Notes: generated by a model from the letters alone, not told the origin. Positions 13,480 through 27,738 are shown, numbered from the whole stretch's first letter. The stretch is 57,444 nt of DNA, filler included, from Sluysia triapertura (GCA_046118255.1; 4 parts of 4 records of this genome joined end to end with filler, not necessarily neighbours in it), one strand, 5' to 3'. Numbers and translations are program-made.

Positions 13480-16400
13480 CTTTATATGGCGTCAAAAAAG
13501 GCTTATTGATTCTTATGCTTCTTTATGCTACCATTACATTTGTCAGTGAAGACTAAACTAAGAAACTATGTTAAATACCTCTACGTTTTATGATGTATCC
13601 TATTATATAAATTATTGGTCTCTTAATCAAATACATAACATAATACATGTATCTATTTCTAATTCAGCAATAATAATTTTAAGTAAACATTTCATAGTTG
13701 TCATGTTTTTTCACTACTCAATACCAAATAAATGTACCTTAAGCTAGCTTAATATTTTGTCCATACGTAATGTTAAGTTATAAATCATCACTGAATAAAG
13801 ATCAAACTGCAATTTTTATCAATACAATTTCACAAAAGCATACATGTTAAATAATCGTTGCTATGACTAGAGACACAAGTTATATGTTTCAAGCTGTGGA
13901 TTTTAGTCAAACCAATTAAGATTACTCATTCTGATAGACTATTTATTTTAGAAAAACAGCAGCAGAGCCGAAATATTCGGCCATTATGAGTTTTATATTA
14001 TTTATTTCTTCAAATTCTCTGTGTCGCATCGAAATAAACAGACGGTAATCTGACAGATCAGTACTTGGACTAAAACTAGAATGTTGCAGGATTCTCAAAT
14101 TCAATTCTATTAAAACTTGGAATTGTGTAATCTTGAAAATTTACACCTTCTCTATTCATCAGTGCTGGCCCAACTTCTGACATTTTCTGTCATAAGCGAT
14201 AATTTGCAAATAATTTGTATTATATGACTCACTTTCATCCCATCAAGCACACAAAAAAATCTTTTAGTCGGTTAGTTGGTTGACTTTAAATAGTCACTGC
14301 CTTTTGCTCTTATACTTGATAGATGACAAGAATTTGGGAGGATTTTCCAGTAAAATTCAAGTGAAATTGAAGCTTGTGATTTTGCGTTTTCATTAAGCAA
14401 AGTAACATTTTTTACTAAGTATTTTCTGACGTAATTGTTGATAATTGATATCAGACGACACATTTTTACTTATTTTCAATTTCCACTTCGATTTGATTCA
14501 ACGATTGCTGTCAAAATGACATTCCCCAGTTCTGAAGGTCTATCCGTCAACAATTATAAGGCTTACAAAGTATGGATATATTTCGAAATTTTTCATTGGC
14601 TTTAGAACCAACACTGTACTCGAAAATGACATGATGTCATAAATCATCAAAAATTAATAAGTAATAATAAAATAAATTTCTATCTGAAATTATTAAACGA
14701 TTTTGATAATTATAAAGATTATTTAAACTACACTTTGTTAAATTAGAGCTATTCAAAATTCAAACAAAACTTTTCTAACTTCGTTATAGCAATTTAATAC
14801 TAACAATATTGTTAATTTAATTATATAAATATAATTCTAATTCTAATAATTTTGAATTTGTACATAATTCTGTTTTTTTCTATCCCTAACTGACTTATTT
14901 CTGTGATAGAACGATCAATTTAATTTATATTATCTAATTTTCTGCTAAAACGCCTATGCGGCCACATTATATGTGCACACACATTAATATTCATTTATTT
15001 TGCAATTATCTGTCGTTTTGAATTTGTTAGTATTATTTCTTCATTTCAATTTTAATCGTATTTTTAACGAATACAGATCTATATTTCTCATTTTGTTTCA
15101 TTTACATTGATTTTACATGTTTGTAAGATTTTTATTTTGAAATTGTTATGGTGTGTTTAGATTTGTTTTTATTAATAATTTTATTTTAAGATTTTCAAAA
15201 TGGTTTTGATGATCTTAGAACCAACTTATAATTATTAAAATTTGTTCTATTTAATTAAATTCATTGATTTATTAAAGAAAAAATTGTTTTATTGTTACAC
15301 TGTTTAACATTATTGTTACTAAAAAATTTTGCTTTTTCATTTGTTTTTCAAAGTATGCATAATGCAATCATTTATCATTCTTTTACCAAGTTTTGTAAAT
15401 TTTTATCAGTAGAAATCTTGTTGAAACTTTTCTTCCACATCATTCTGAAATTTAAAAATGGATATCAATAAATAAAAATTTCCTATAAATATTTGCCTTT
15501 ATTAAATAATTTGGTTTCTGCATATCATTATGTGTAGGAGATATTCAGGATTTTCTTTGCGTGAGCATTTATTTAGTACAATAATTTTGAATACTACAAG
15601 AATACTAATGATGAATTTTTTACAATCTGCAACTGAAACATCTTGTTGAAAATAAAATCATCGATACAAAACTAAGTAAAGATTTGCATGTCAATTAACA
15701 TAATATATAAACAGTCTGTTTTTCACTATCTGAATTGTAAAATAGTAGTTTAAACAAAAATGATTTGTAATTTTTGGTAATTTTGGAATTCTTACATAAA
15801 CAATAATTGGTAAAAACTTCAAAAACATAAGATTTAGGCCAAATATTAGTTGAAAATTAGTTCCAAAAATAGAAAATTCGATTAAATATTTTTCATTTTT
15901 AAATTAATTCTTTTCGTTATATATTTATAGAATTATTTTAGAAATTAAACATATTATTTTAATTATTTATTAAACAAAATTATGTCAATGCATAAAACTT
16001 AGAAGCTATTGATATACAAGATTAATTATTATTTTACAAAAATAACTTCAAGGTCTAATAGCACAATAATGTAATTTTCATATAAATTCGCGTTAATTAA
16101 AACAAAATGTTAAATGGTGAAATAAATTATATATAAAATTAAAATAAATCTTTTGATAAATGTAGAAAAATATTAAAATTGTATTTAATATATAAACACT
16201 CTACATAAATATAAAATCCGATTTTTATATTATATTATATTTTTATTAATATTATATTTTAATCTTTCTCTAGTGAAAATTGTGACAAGTAAATATTGAC
16301 AAAGAAGAAAAATGATCAAAATGATTAATGTATAATGTAACTAATTATAATTCAAGTTGATATATTTATCAGTTTCTCGTTACATTAAATTAAATGTTCC

Positions 16401-16770
16401 TGTTTTAAGTTTTGTATAACAAAACTTAAAATAATGCATTTCATATTCAATTAATTTTGGATCATTGTTCAAAATCAAATCAAACTTGTGGAGATTTAAA
16501 ACCTAATCTATAGCTTGAAACATAATAATACAATATTTAAACAATCACAAGAACTTTTAATTCACATTCATTTAGACAATGTTTCATCTTCCTTTCTAGA
16601 CTCACTTCTGCATTTTCAATAAATTTCCCTACATTAAAACGTTAAAGTTACATCAATTATCAAGGCCTATTATTTTAAATATTTTATTCTTAATTTCAAT
16701 TATGAAATTATAACTCGCTTCGAATATTGATGATTTAAATAATATTGTGAGAAATATAAACGTAAAGCTA

Positions 16771-17290
16771 TAGAATAAAAACTTAACTTAAGTGAGTTCT
16801 CCAACGTACTGGACTTACCAGCTAGGGTCAGCCTTGGATTTTGTAGATAAGAGCTACGACGTTAACTGAAAAGGAAATCTTCTCTAGTGAATCCTGCTTT
16901 AAAACTTTAATAGTTCTGGAGGTTTTGTAATTATATTTGATATATTGCGATGATCCTGTGAAAAGGATCATTAAAAAATTATTTTACGAAATTGGAATTA
17001 AATTCAATTATAAAAACCTATCTTAATAGTGAAAATTTTATAATTAAAACTATTTGAAAGGAAAAGTCGTAATAGTTGAAGTTTTATTCAATACAAATAT
17101 AATAGTTACAGTCAAAAAGAAATAATAATAGAAATTTTATTTTAGAATTAAAAATAATTCTAATTTTAATATGATTTTAATAACTGAGTTTACGTAGATC
17201 CAATAAAAGAACAAGGAATAATATTGGTTGATTTTTCCTGTATTTTAAGGGGATATCAAAATGATATCAACCTTACATAAATAAACTAAC
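16771..17290 (-). repeat. Dispersed repeat, copy B
   Basis: Reverse-complement match to 7700-8258, core at 16792-16841. Confidence 0.8.
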
Positions 17291-18450
17291 GTTTAAGAAA
17301 CAAAAAACTGTTCAAGGACTCTGTATTGCTTAGTCTTCAGCATTGTTCGTAGAGAATTTTTAATCGTTTTTACTTGTCCTTAATTATGAATTGTGTATTT
17401 TAAATCAATTATGTTATGTATTTGTATAAAAAATTTTTGTTGTCCTTGACCAGTTTTAAGACATGATTTAAAAACAAAATTTTAGAAATGCAAAATTAAT
17501 TTTAAAAATTAAAAAATAGTATTAAAATTTTAAAAATTAATAAAAATAAAACGTACTTTTTTAAAAAAATTAATTGAAAATCCAATAGTTTGAAGAATAA
17601 AGTCTAGTAAAAAATTTTTACAATAATTTATACAAAATTAATTACAATTATAATCAATACAAAATTAATAGTTTTCGAATCGTCAAAATAAATCAATAGA
17701 TCATAACAAAATTGAAGCACACAACATAAAATAATGAATCATAATCATTACACTAAATCGTCATAATGAATCATAATCATAACAAAATTATAATAATATA
17801 TAATAGTCAAATAACAATAACAATGATAATTTTCATAATTAAATGGCAATTATAATAAAAAAATAATTAATGAAGAAAAATAATTTAAATAATAATAAAA
17901 TATAATAATATTCAGATTAAATAACACCAAAGGTCCTAAGTACAAGTATACTTACTTAATTATCATTATTAAAGACCTTTAGAATTACGTTTAGATAAAA
18001 GAACTATAAATAGTGCTTACTCAGTAAGTTAAAAATTCAATTATTTTAATAATTTGTTATCACACAAAAAATAAAATGTACAGCATTTTCAAAAAATCGA
18101 TTTGTTAAAACAATATAACTTTATGAGAAACTTCCACAAGCTATTTTATTTGGCAAAAGCATAACTTAATTGAATTGATTAAGTCATTATAAAATTAAAT
18201 TCTGCTTTAAATTAAATAAGAAACTTTAAATAAAAAAGTTTCACGATTTAAATTATTTATAATTTATTAATAATAATTATTATTAATAATTTATTTAAAT
18301 TATTGGCACTATTGTTTGCTTAGTTACGTTATTTACAGGACTAATTTCGATTACATTTTTTGGATTGCAACATTTTTCGTTAGATCACGTTAGATTTTTA
18401 TTAGTTAGTTTTAATGTACGTAATCGTAGTTGAAATTTTTTAGACGACCA

Positions 18451-18452
<2 letters not shown>

Positions 18453-18508
<56 letters not shown>
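18453..18508. repeat. (TTA)n microsatellite
   Basis: Uninterrupted TTA run, about 18 units. Confidence 0.95.
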
Positions 18509-18903
18509 GTAAAATTTTATTATAAATTTTATTTTTTTAATTTGGTCCAATAATACTTATCAAAATAAAAACATTGTCTGGAAAAGAAATCGAAAGTAAA
18601 GAAAGAGTAGAAGAAAGACATAGTATTTTCTTGAAAGCAGTATCATTTTGTTTTAGCTCTACGAAGTGGTTCCAAAATTAATATTTTAATTTAAATGTCA
18701 TTTTTTCTTTTACTGAATTAGTGTTTAAATAAAATACGTAATCAGTGTAGTGAGGGCTTTTTGATAATTTAAGTTATCGTTAACACCGCTGTTTTGAATG
18801 GGTTTAATCAACGTTCGAGTATGTTGAAGTTCTTCTTTTTCAATGTTGAAGGTACAATAATAAGTAACTGTTTTTCTAGAACGAACTAGTGCTATTTCAA
18901 AGT

Positions 18904-19003
18904 NNNNNNNNNNNNNNNNNNNNNNNNNNNNNNNNNNNNNNNNNNNNTTAATTAATTAANNNNNNNNNNNNNNNNNNNNNNNNNNNNNNNNNNNNNNNNN
19001 NNN
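18904..19003. other. Assembly gap with artificial TTAATTAATTAA linker
   Basis: N-run / TTAATTAATTAA / N-run totalling 100 nt. Same structure at 33225 and 45042. Confidence 0.95.
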
Positions 19004-19506
19004 ATATATAATCAGAAAAAAAGATTTTAAAATACAGAAAAAAATATCAAGTATTCGAATGTAGATATTTTATAAGATAATAACCGATTCAAGCACTTCC
19101 AGGAATAATACTACCAGTTTTTTTGGAGTTATTATAAATGAAAACAATCACACCGGATCAATTAAAATTAACAGGAAGGCTACGAACATAATTTGAAAAA
19201 CACAATTATACTTATTGATTTTTTCGGTAAAATTCATACGTTTTGTTAAATTTAGGTACAATCTTTTTACGCTAACTTAAAGTTAGTAATAAACTATATA
19301 TATTCTTTTATTTTATTATTTTGATTGTAATTAGTATGTTTATTTCGTGCAATCGACTGAAAAGTCTTACTTATTATTGATTTTATCAGTAAATTGTAAA
19401 TAAGTTATTATAAAACATTTGTTAGTTATATTAGTTAAAGATAATAGTGAAACTGTCATAGCGGATCCAATGTTTAGAACATTTAGAAATAAGAAATACA
19501 GTATAT

Positions 19507-19735
19507 TCTCAAATTGGCCAAGTTAAAAATTAATTTTATAAAAAATTTGAAATTTTATTTATATTAAAATTTTTGTTTAAATTTTTTTAAAAAACACTAT
19601 ACCTCGTTTTTTCTTTAGGAGTATCTCAGAATTCTCATTATAAGTTTAAAAATTATATTAATTTTAAAATTTTTTTCAATTAGTTCTTTTCAAATTGGCC
19701 AAAAAATAAAAAAACCCAGGTTGGCCAATTTGAGA
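19507..19735. mobile_element. MITE-like element with 15-bp inverted repeats
   Basis: tctcaaattggccaa (19507-19521) and ttggccaatttgaga (19721-19735) are perfect inverted repeats. A third internal tcaaattggccaa lies at 19690. Confidence 0.55.
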
Positions 19736-20324
19736 GAAATAAATGTATAACATATAAATACAACAATAAAATCTTATTTTTCGTCCTAGCTTAAAAATGG
19801 ACTCAAGTATACTATTTAAAATTAAACTATCGGAATCTAGAAAATAATTCCTAAAGAGTTAGTAAAAGTTCAACCAGAATTCACGTAGAAAACTACGTAA
19901 AATTAGCAAAGTTTATAAGATTATCGCCTTTCGAGTGTCGAATTTTACTTTACTCCAAGAAGTACGCACTTTTTTGTAAAGTTATAAGATTACTATGATT
20001 AACTGTTCGACCTCATTTGACTATTTTACATTTAAATCCTTGGACGATCTTTTGGAAGTATAATGTTTATGAATGTTGTCATTATAATTATTATTAAATT
20101 ATTTATTACTTTATTATTATTACTTTATTATTATTTATTATTTATTACTTTAAATTATTTATTACTTCAAACAATTAGAAAAATACAATTTATTCTAAAA
20201 TTTTTATTAAAAATTATAAGTTTAATTGAATCTTTACTAACAAACCAAAATTTATGACTAAATAACAAAAGAAAATGACAAAATGATGACATAAATTTAT
20301 CTGAGATATGATTGAATGTTATAT

Positions 20325-21460
20325 TTAAATTTGTAACAGAAATTGTTGCTTATATCCAATCTCCGGGTCCGTTTGTAGGCATGCTATCGGCAACGTCAGT
20401 TTGCGAATTCTGAAATAAAAATAGTCAACATAAATTAATTTGATAGTAATATGGTTAAAAATTACATTTAATAAAAAATTATCAGAAATAATGTTCGGTC
20501 TAATGTTATTAGGTAGATTCTTTTTAAATTTGGATTCAAATTCGTGAAATAAAAATGTATGACTATGTTCTAGAGTAAATTTTACTTCTTCCACATTCAA
20601 TGTTTCTAATACACCTATAACTGGTTTGTAAAATACAAAAATCGAATTGATTGAATTATCAGTTTCATCTAAATCAGAGTCTTTCAAATTTTGACGTATT
20701 CTTTTATACTGATTATGTAGGAAAAGTAAAACAGTGACAAAAAGCGTTTTAATTTGTTCAAACTTGGGTTTAAACGCCACAGTTTTATATAATTTCAAAT
20801 AAGTTAGCACATTAAAAATTAACAAACAATTTTTTATTTCTACGTTATATATGTCCATATTAAATGACGTAAAATCATCAGCTAATACCAAATCAAGAAC
20901 CGAACGACGTTTTTCTAACAAATTAGACTTTCGAAGAGTTTTACTTAAGCATTCATTAAAATTATTACCTGATTTGATTTATTTCGATCGTTCTAAATTC
21001 TGAAAACAGTTTTGTATTCTTCTATCCACTTTCTGTTTCATTCCACTATGAAATTTGCTGTTATACTCTTAAATAATTTAAATAACCTTTAAATGATATT
21101 GCTTCTTCATCCTTTTCAATTTCAATATTAAATCGACTTAATATTCCCTTATTATTTTTGTGGACAATTCTAGTTTCATAAGAAATACAAATATGACGAA
21201 ATAATCTATCCAAACGTATTGGAAATGGTATTAATTGTTTTGTCAATACATAACTCCTACCAAACTTCAAAATCATTCTGTTCAGGAATCTTCTTAAAGA
21301 ATCTAAACCTAAGAACTAAATTACAATCTAAATTTTCTTCTGGTAAACTTTCATTACTAATTTCATTAACATAAATTAACATATATTGCGGTTGATCTAA
21401 AAAGAATTTACTAATTTTTGACATATTTAATGTTATCGTAGACATCTGGAGTACGAGCAA
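20325..21460 (-). pseudogene. Frameshifted ~1.1-kb coding region of unknown product downstream of the 22620 module
   Basis: Three consecutive minus-strand ORFs (67, 71 and 198 aa) with protein-like composition, starting just after a CCAAT/TGTCA-rich segment. Confidence 0.45.
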
Positions 21461-21599
21461 TTATGATTTAGTTATTTGAATAGAAAATGTTCAACCAATA
21501 TCAGCAATCAAATGTTTGTTCCAATTATTTATTTTTTTAACTCTTTAATTCTTGTCAAAAAAATTTTTCAATTTGTTGTTACTTTTAAAATTTTTTAAA

Positions 21600-22620
21600 A
21601 TCACTATGTACACAGTAAACTGTAATTGTGTAATTCTAATGCTGCATGTTTCCTTTTACTCTAGACATGCAAATGAATAATGAATTTGATTGGGTGACCA
21701 ATCGTTTGATATTTGTAATGCAGAATAAATAAGATATCACAATGTCACTCGTCAACCAATCAAAAGTGAGAGACATAAAATTTAATTGAATTGTAAAGAA
21801 AGCTGGCAACAGTCATAAATTTATGTTAAATTGATTATTTGTGTTAAACTAAATTAGAAACTGTCAATTGATGACGGTTACAGGGGTTAGTAACAATGAC
21901 TAACATTGCTAAAAATTAACAATTTTAATTATGTAAAATCGCGTTATGAATAAAAATGATAATAATAAAAATTAGAAAAATTACGAAAATTACATAAACC
22001 TTTTATTATCTTAAAACATGAACTTGATTCTTTTGTAAATTAATCTCTTTTCTTTACATATTATTTCCTTTGAATAAGATTTGTTGGGCGACTAGAAAGA
22101 TGTGAATTATATAAAGAGCTGATAAGGGAATACCTAAAGGAAATAATGGATAACTAAAATGTTAAAGGAATATTATTTTGATTGCAATGTCCAAAAATAG
22201 TTTTAAAATGTTAGGTTAATATTTTTCGATGATATTAGAGATTGAATGTTAAAAGATTGTAAGCTTGAAATGTTTTGGATTGAATTTAAGATGTGTTTGA
22301 TGATTTAAGGTGTAAATATGGTTTTAATGTTATTAAATAATGTATAAAAATGTTTCTAATGAATTTTTTAATGTACGTTGATAATCTGAAAATGAATGTA
22401 ATTTTAATGATATAAAGTTATGAATTAAAAATGTTTTGAGAAGGTAAGAATAAAGTTTGCAATATTTTGAATTACTTTTGTAGATCTTTGATGATTTTCG
22501 TTAATGAATGAAAATTTGATGTTGTGAAATTTATGTCTAGAATGTTTAGAGTTATTATGAGTTATAAAATGTTGTGAATTATTAGAATAGAATTTCGAAT
22601 TATTGATTTGGCCACCACAA
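21600..22620 (-). mobile_element. TTGTRGTG-headed module, full copy (minus)
   Basis: Reverse complement starts ttgtggtggcca, then about 550 bp of C/A skew, purine block aaagaaaagagatt...aaaaggtttatgtaatttt, and a TGTCA/CCAAT-rich segment at 21690-21900. Confidence 0.65.
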
Positions 22621-23802
22621 AACCCTTAATTATGTGAGACTCAGATCATAATTTAGAACTCTTAAATTATTAAAAAAGCAATTGCAATTTTAGGCTTTAA
22701 AGCCGTGTTTAAATAATATCATTTACACTGATATACACATCACCAAACCTCACCTTGAACTTATTTCGAATATAAAACTAATAAACATCAGCATTTAGAC
22801 CTTCCTTTCTACATAACTCAAAAAATTATTCCTTTTTTGTTACTAAGCTAAAAGATAATAACGTGAAATTAATTATAAATATATTTACATGCATTATATT
22901 TATGTATAATGAACGAAGATGTGAAGTTGATAATCTTACATGATGATACGGATAGTGATACTTGTAGAGAAATTGCATATTTATTGCAAAAATATATTAA
23001 TGAAAAATCAAATAAAATAAATTAATAAAAAAGGAACGTGCTCTTAATGAACAATTTAAACCTTCACGACGGTTCATCCGACGCTCAAATAACTCATGTT
23101 CGTGGAGTGTCAATTGCATTTACTATTAATGATCGATCTCTGTGTGTTTGCTTTAAATTAGTTTGTTAATTTTGTATCAAGAGATAATTATTAAGAATGA
23201 TTTCGAATAAATTAAAAGTATATTACTCAAACTGCAAGATTTTGCTTTCATCCAGACTTTACGAACAAAAGCAATCTGAGCATGTTTTATAAATCAAAAG
23301 AATTTGTTACTATTTAAGCAACGACGAATTTTCTACGGAAAAAGAAAATCTGTAGTCTTCATCGGAGCTTTTAACACGACTTAAATCAACTTGGTGTCGC
23401 GAAGAAATTTATCACGAAAATTCAAATCTATATGTTCGACGAGAGAATGCCATATGAATTTAAAGAGGATGTAAGTAAACTTATCGGACTTTTTCTGCGC
23501 ACCGTGGAAGATATAAATTATATTTATGTTTCGTAACTCCCAGTTCCCTTCCGATTGTACTCGCGGGATGTCCTACAATGTTCATGTTTTATCTTGTGTT
23601 TTGGAACAATAATTTGTTATTTAATGCCTCTACCTTAGATTGTCATTTAATAAATTTTCGTGCGTATTTTGATTTTAAATTTAAATTTGAAAATAGTGCC
23701 AAGTGCCTTAAGTACCTTTTCAATCGATTTTATAATTTGAATAATACGCCATTACAACTAAAATAGCATTCAATTATTACCTTATCAACACCGCATCTCA
23801 TA

Positions 23803-25050
23803 TTGTAGTGGTCAACACTCACAACTTAAAATTCATTAAAACATTTTATTCAACACCCATAATTCAAATTTCATTAAAACATAATATCTAAAGCAATCAC
23901 ACTACATACTATCGAACTACATCGACTCAATCATCATAAACAACACTCGACATTTATAATATCTCATCAACTCATATATACCAACAATTCGACTAACACA
24001 CTCAACCATCCACTTCACAGCATACTCTGATAATTAATCCCGAATAATCCACGACATTCACTCAAAAGCTATCTTATCAAACAAACCACAACCATAATAT
24101 ATAATACAGAAACTATAAATACACAAACACCACTTTAACAACATTAACAAGTACCTCAGACATAGAAAACATTTACGTTAAAATCTTGAATCAACTACAC
24201 CAAACTAAACCCACTTCATTTACACATGTTCATTATCAATACTCATTTTAACGACACTACAAATACGCTAGGATTTATTTCGTAATCGTCTTTAAAATTA
24301 AACAAACTACAACCTTTCAATAAGCATCTCAAACTATCATATTCAAGGAATAAATCTTGTTTTTAATTACAAACCATTATTAAATTTCAGTAATTTATTC
24401 TAACATTCTTCGTTTCAAGTACAACTCAAATCATTTCTTTTATCTTTTTAAATAAATATAATAAAGCTTTAAAGAATTCATTATTTTAATATGAAACAAC
24501 AACGATAACCGAGACGTAGTATACCTCGTTACCGTTGCTCCTTCACAGTATGCCATCTGTTTTTAATTCTCTTTCATTTTATATGTAGGAAATCAAAGAA
24601 TTTAAAAGAAAAGATTGTTATTTCAAGAAAAAGATTTATGTAATTTTAATTTATTTAATAATAATATTAATAACAATATTATTATTAGTACTATTATTAC
24701 TAATCATAAAATAATTTAGTAAAATCAAATTATCTCAGTTGTAGCCATCATCAATAGTGACATTTCATTCATTATTTTTATTTGCATGTCACTATTGATG
24801 GTGGTTCAATACCATAAAGTAATTAATTTCATCCATATTCAATCACAACAAAAAATGGCACATAGTATTATAGGAGTCGTGATTTGATAACCAATTGTAA
24901 GTAAAAACATATTTTTGTTAACAAATCGTAGTAGAGCTTGTAAAATTTTGATGTAATGATTTCATCATAAAAATTTTATACAATGACGATATATTATTAA
25001 AAAATACGGATAAACAGTGAAAAATTAAAATTGTAGAATTTAATTTAAAA
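23803..25050 (+). mobile_element. TTGTRGTG-headed module, full copy (plus)
   Basis: ttgtagtggtca head, C/A-skewed to about 24480, purine block aaaagaaaagattg...aaaagatttatgtaatttt near 24590-24650, AAT tract, 19-bp-arm hairpin at 24745-24804, then ATG at 25051. Confidence 0.65.
24745..24804. promoter_or_regulatory. GTGACA/TGTCAC inverted repeat upstream of cargo ORF
   Basis: ccatcatcaatagtgacat ... atgtcactattgatggtgg (18/19 paired). Homologous to 37135-37201. Confidence 0.5.
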
Positions 25051-26219
25051 ATGCAACAAGAACCATTGCTAGATGATTTTGGATTTAATTTAACTGAACA
25101 CTTTGATCCGTCATCTGCTAACAACTTCCATTCAACTTATTCAAAAATATTAAAAAGACAGAATTCTGTGCAGATTAACGAAAAATTACCACCATATAAG
25201 AGTGAAATGAAAAGATTGGTCAGAAAAGGATTACCGAATACTTATAGACCGGAGACCGTCTCCATGTTTAATCAAATCAGACCACATCTATCCTCATATC
25301 ATGACAATGATGGTTTTATCAGTACTCCCGATGATGGATGTCCAAATCCGATTCCCGGTATCTTCAATAAGATAACTAATTATGAATTGATCTTACCACA
25401 TTCATCAATAATAGCTATTTTTGTAAAATTTGGAGAAAGCCAATTCCTATTAGTCACATCTTCAATTACGTTAAATAACGAACAACAACTTTCTGACACT
25501 GGTTTTCAAGGTAATGTTGTTCAAGTAGAACTTGCTGTTAATACGAAATTTCCAACGCAAGAATCGGCAACACATTACAATATACTTGCTACTAACAACT
25601 TTATGTTAAAAAATTTAAATTATCTTCAAGATAAAGATCGCTACATTATGTTTGCTTTTATGTTTGATATGTTTGCTTTTATCAGTTTGATATTGATAAA
25701 GTTGATTTTGACCTTATTAGTAGATTTTCGTCAAGAAGTTATTCAATTTATTCGGAAACTTCCTTACACTCTCAAGACAATAATGATGACCATGCGGAAT
25801 CAGACTTTAAACCATACTTGTTAGAAGCAGAACGATTATGGCACGATAATACTACAGATACGCTTAGTAATAATGATTCTACTCGTGAAAGAATAGATAA
25901 TTTCAATGAAACTAATGAAATTATAATGGTTTATGTTATTACAGAGTACAAAAATGTCGATTCTAGATATTTGAATGCGAAAACCATCATGGTGGCCCAT
26001 ACTATGTTCCTAACTTCACAGAAGTTCATATTAACCAAACTAGTACTAGTTACAAGAGTAGATAAATCAATAGAAGACTTTGAGATTAATACCTCTTTAG
26101 TAATTCAACAACCAATGTCATATAACACCAACTGTGACCATCTGAACTTCATTAACGATGTTAATTATCTGGTTAGATTAAGTCCATATTGGACTACACT
26201 TTGTCAATACTCTGAATAA
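25051..26219 (+). CDS. GRTP1: Chimeric ORF: GRTP1-like TBC RabGAP N-terminus (aa 1-68) fused in frame to unrelated sequence, continuing after a frameshift
   Basis: LDDFGF..EHFD....NFHSTY.KILKR...MKRLVRKGLP..YR follows the GRTP1 pre-TBC motif (IDPYGF.RPEDFD...KF.SSYL..L.RR...VKRYVRKGVP..HR). Similarity stops before the conserved W and no TBC catalytic motifs follow. Longest ORF in the window (257 aa). Confidence 0.7.
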
Positions 26220-26918
26220 GTATCTTGGTCCCAAGTTTCAATATGTAAAGTTACAGCTGAGGAATTTGAAGTATTTAAGAATAACAATATACTCAATATT
26301 TTATACTCAATATACTCAATTTTATGTATTCATTAATTTTTGATTTAGTTTATAAATGTCTTAGTTGGGTCGGTGAAGTACAACAGGAAATTTCGTGGAA
26401 CGAAGGGGCTGAATATGAAGAAATAAAAATAAGACTTCAAATTTTTATATGATCAAATTAAATTTTAAGTTTATGGTGGTTTATTATTTAATAAATTTTT
26501 GTGTTAATATTTGCAAAATGTTATTTTTTTATGCAATAGATAAATTGACGTGCATATGTTCCGTTGAAATGAATAAATACAAATCTATTAATGAACTTAA
26601 AATCAAATTAATTAAATTCATATGTAGATATATTAAGACCAAAAACTCGTTTAAATTTCATAAAACGAAGAAAGCTAAACATCTTAAAAACGATAAGAAA
26701 ACATTGTTGAATCCTAATCCAGTTCTATATATAAGTCAATTTAATCATAGTAGAAATAAAGTAATTTCCGACGTATTAGGCCTTCTTTTGAAGTTCGATC
26801 GGAATAGTTGCGAAAAGACCTACACCATGTCCTTATCTGAAAGAAAACTTATTAAATTGACATTAAAATTAAGATTAGATGACAATTATAAACGCCCCAA
26901 ACCAACTGTATCCCCAAA

Positions 26919-26919
<1 letters not shown>

Positions 26920-26981
<62 letters not shown>
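26920..26981. repeat. (TTA)n microsatellite
   Basis: About 20 TTA units. Source of the poly-L and poly-I ORF artefacts. Confidence 0.95.
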
Positions 26982-27738
26982 TTTATTTTTATTTGTTGAA
27001 AAAAAGAATTTTCAAGATTTTTCCGGCTAAAGAAAATAATGAAAGATAAGGAAAATGTTTTGTCCAATCACAAGACAAGAATTGAGTGAAAACAAATTGA
27101 AGCAAGACTCAATCAATGCTGACCACCTAATTGTCTCGATGTAATTATTTTAATTATCAGCAACATTCGGCTTGTAGAACTGTAGACAAATTGATCTATG
27201 CTATTGAAAAGGCTTTTTCTGAAATTAATTCGGATATTTCTTTCTCACCAACGGTGATTGGTTGAAACCATGAAAAAAAGAACCTTTTACAAAGATTTGG
27301 TAAGCTTCCAAATGACTCAAATGACTCCTAAAACCGAACCGCAAACTTAAATAAAAATTATATATCAAAAACGACAAATGTAATTTCTTTTATGTCATTT
27401 TATGTTATGATCTTATTGATTGTGTTCTGACGTCACTGCTTGATTTTTGTTCAGCATGCACTTCTGGACTCTCATTCTTAAAAATTTAGTGAAGGATTTT
27501 AGATTTAAACAAACGTATCTTCGTTATTAAGAATTACTATGCAAGGACTAGATAGAAGATGGGAAACAAACTTCAGAACACCTGTACCGAGTAAATTGAC
27601 AATGTTCAATCTTGTATCCAAATTTGAAAGAACCGTTACCTTGATATGCTGATCTTCATTTTCAATAAGATTGAGCACCTGTGCACTACACCAAAGGTAT
27701 TCGATAATTGTTTGATGAAACATTTCTTGGATGTTGGA

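Noticed and set aside
18948-18959. TTAATTAATTAA inside three gaps as a biological repeat
   Set aside because: Identical 100-nt N-flanked construct with stops in all six frames. It is an assembly linker.
23803-24650. Module as a conventional LTR of an intact retrotransposon
   Set aside because: No paired direct repeats, no PBS following an LTR end, and no gag/pol nearby. A solo-LTR origin is not excluded but is not supported.
26449-27067. Poly-L and poly-I ORFs as membrane proteins
   Set aside because: They are translations of the (TTA)n microsatellite. The K-rich upstream part has no recognisable family.
27505-27723. HEAT-repeat-like minus-strand ORF
   Set aside because: Only a vague resemblance to PP2A-A repeats. 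Cannot be supported by eye.
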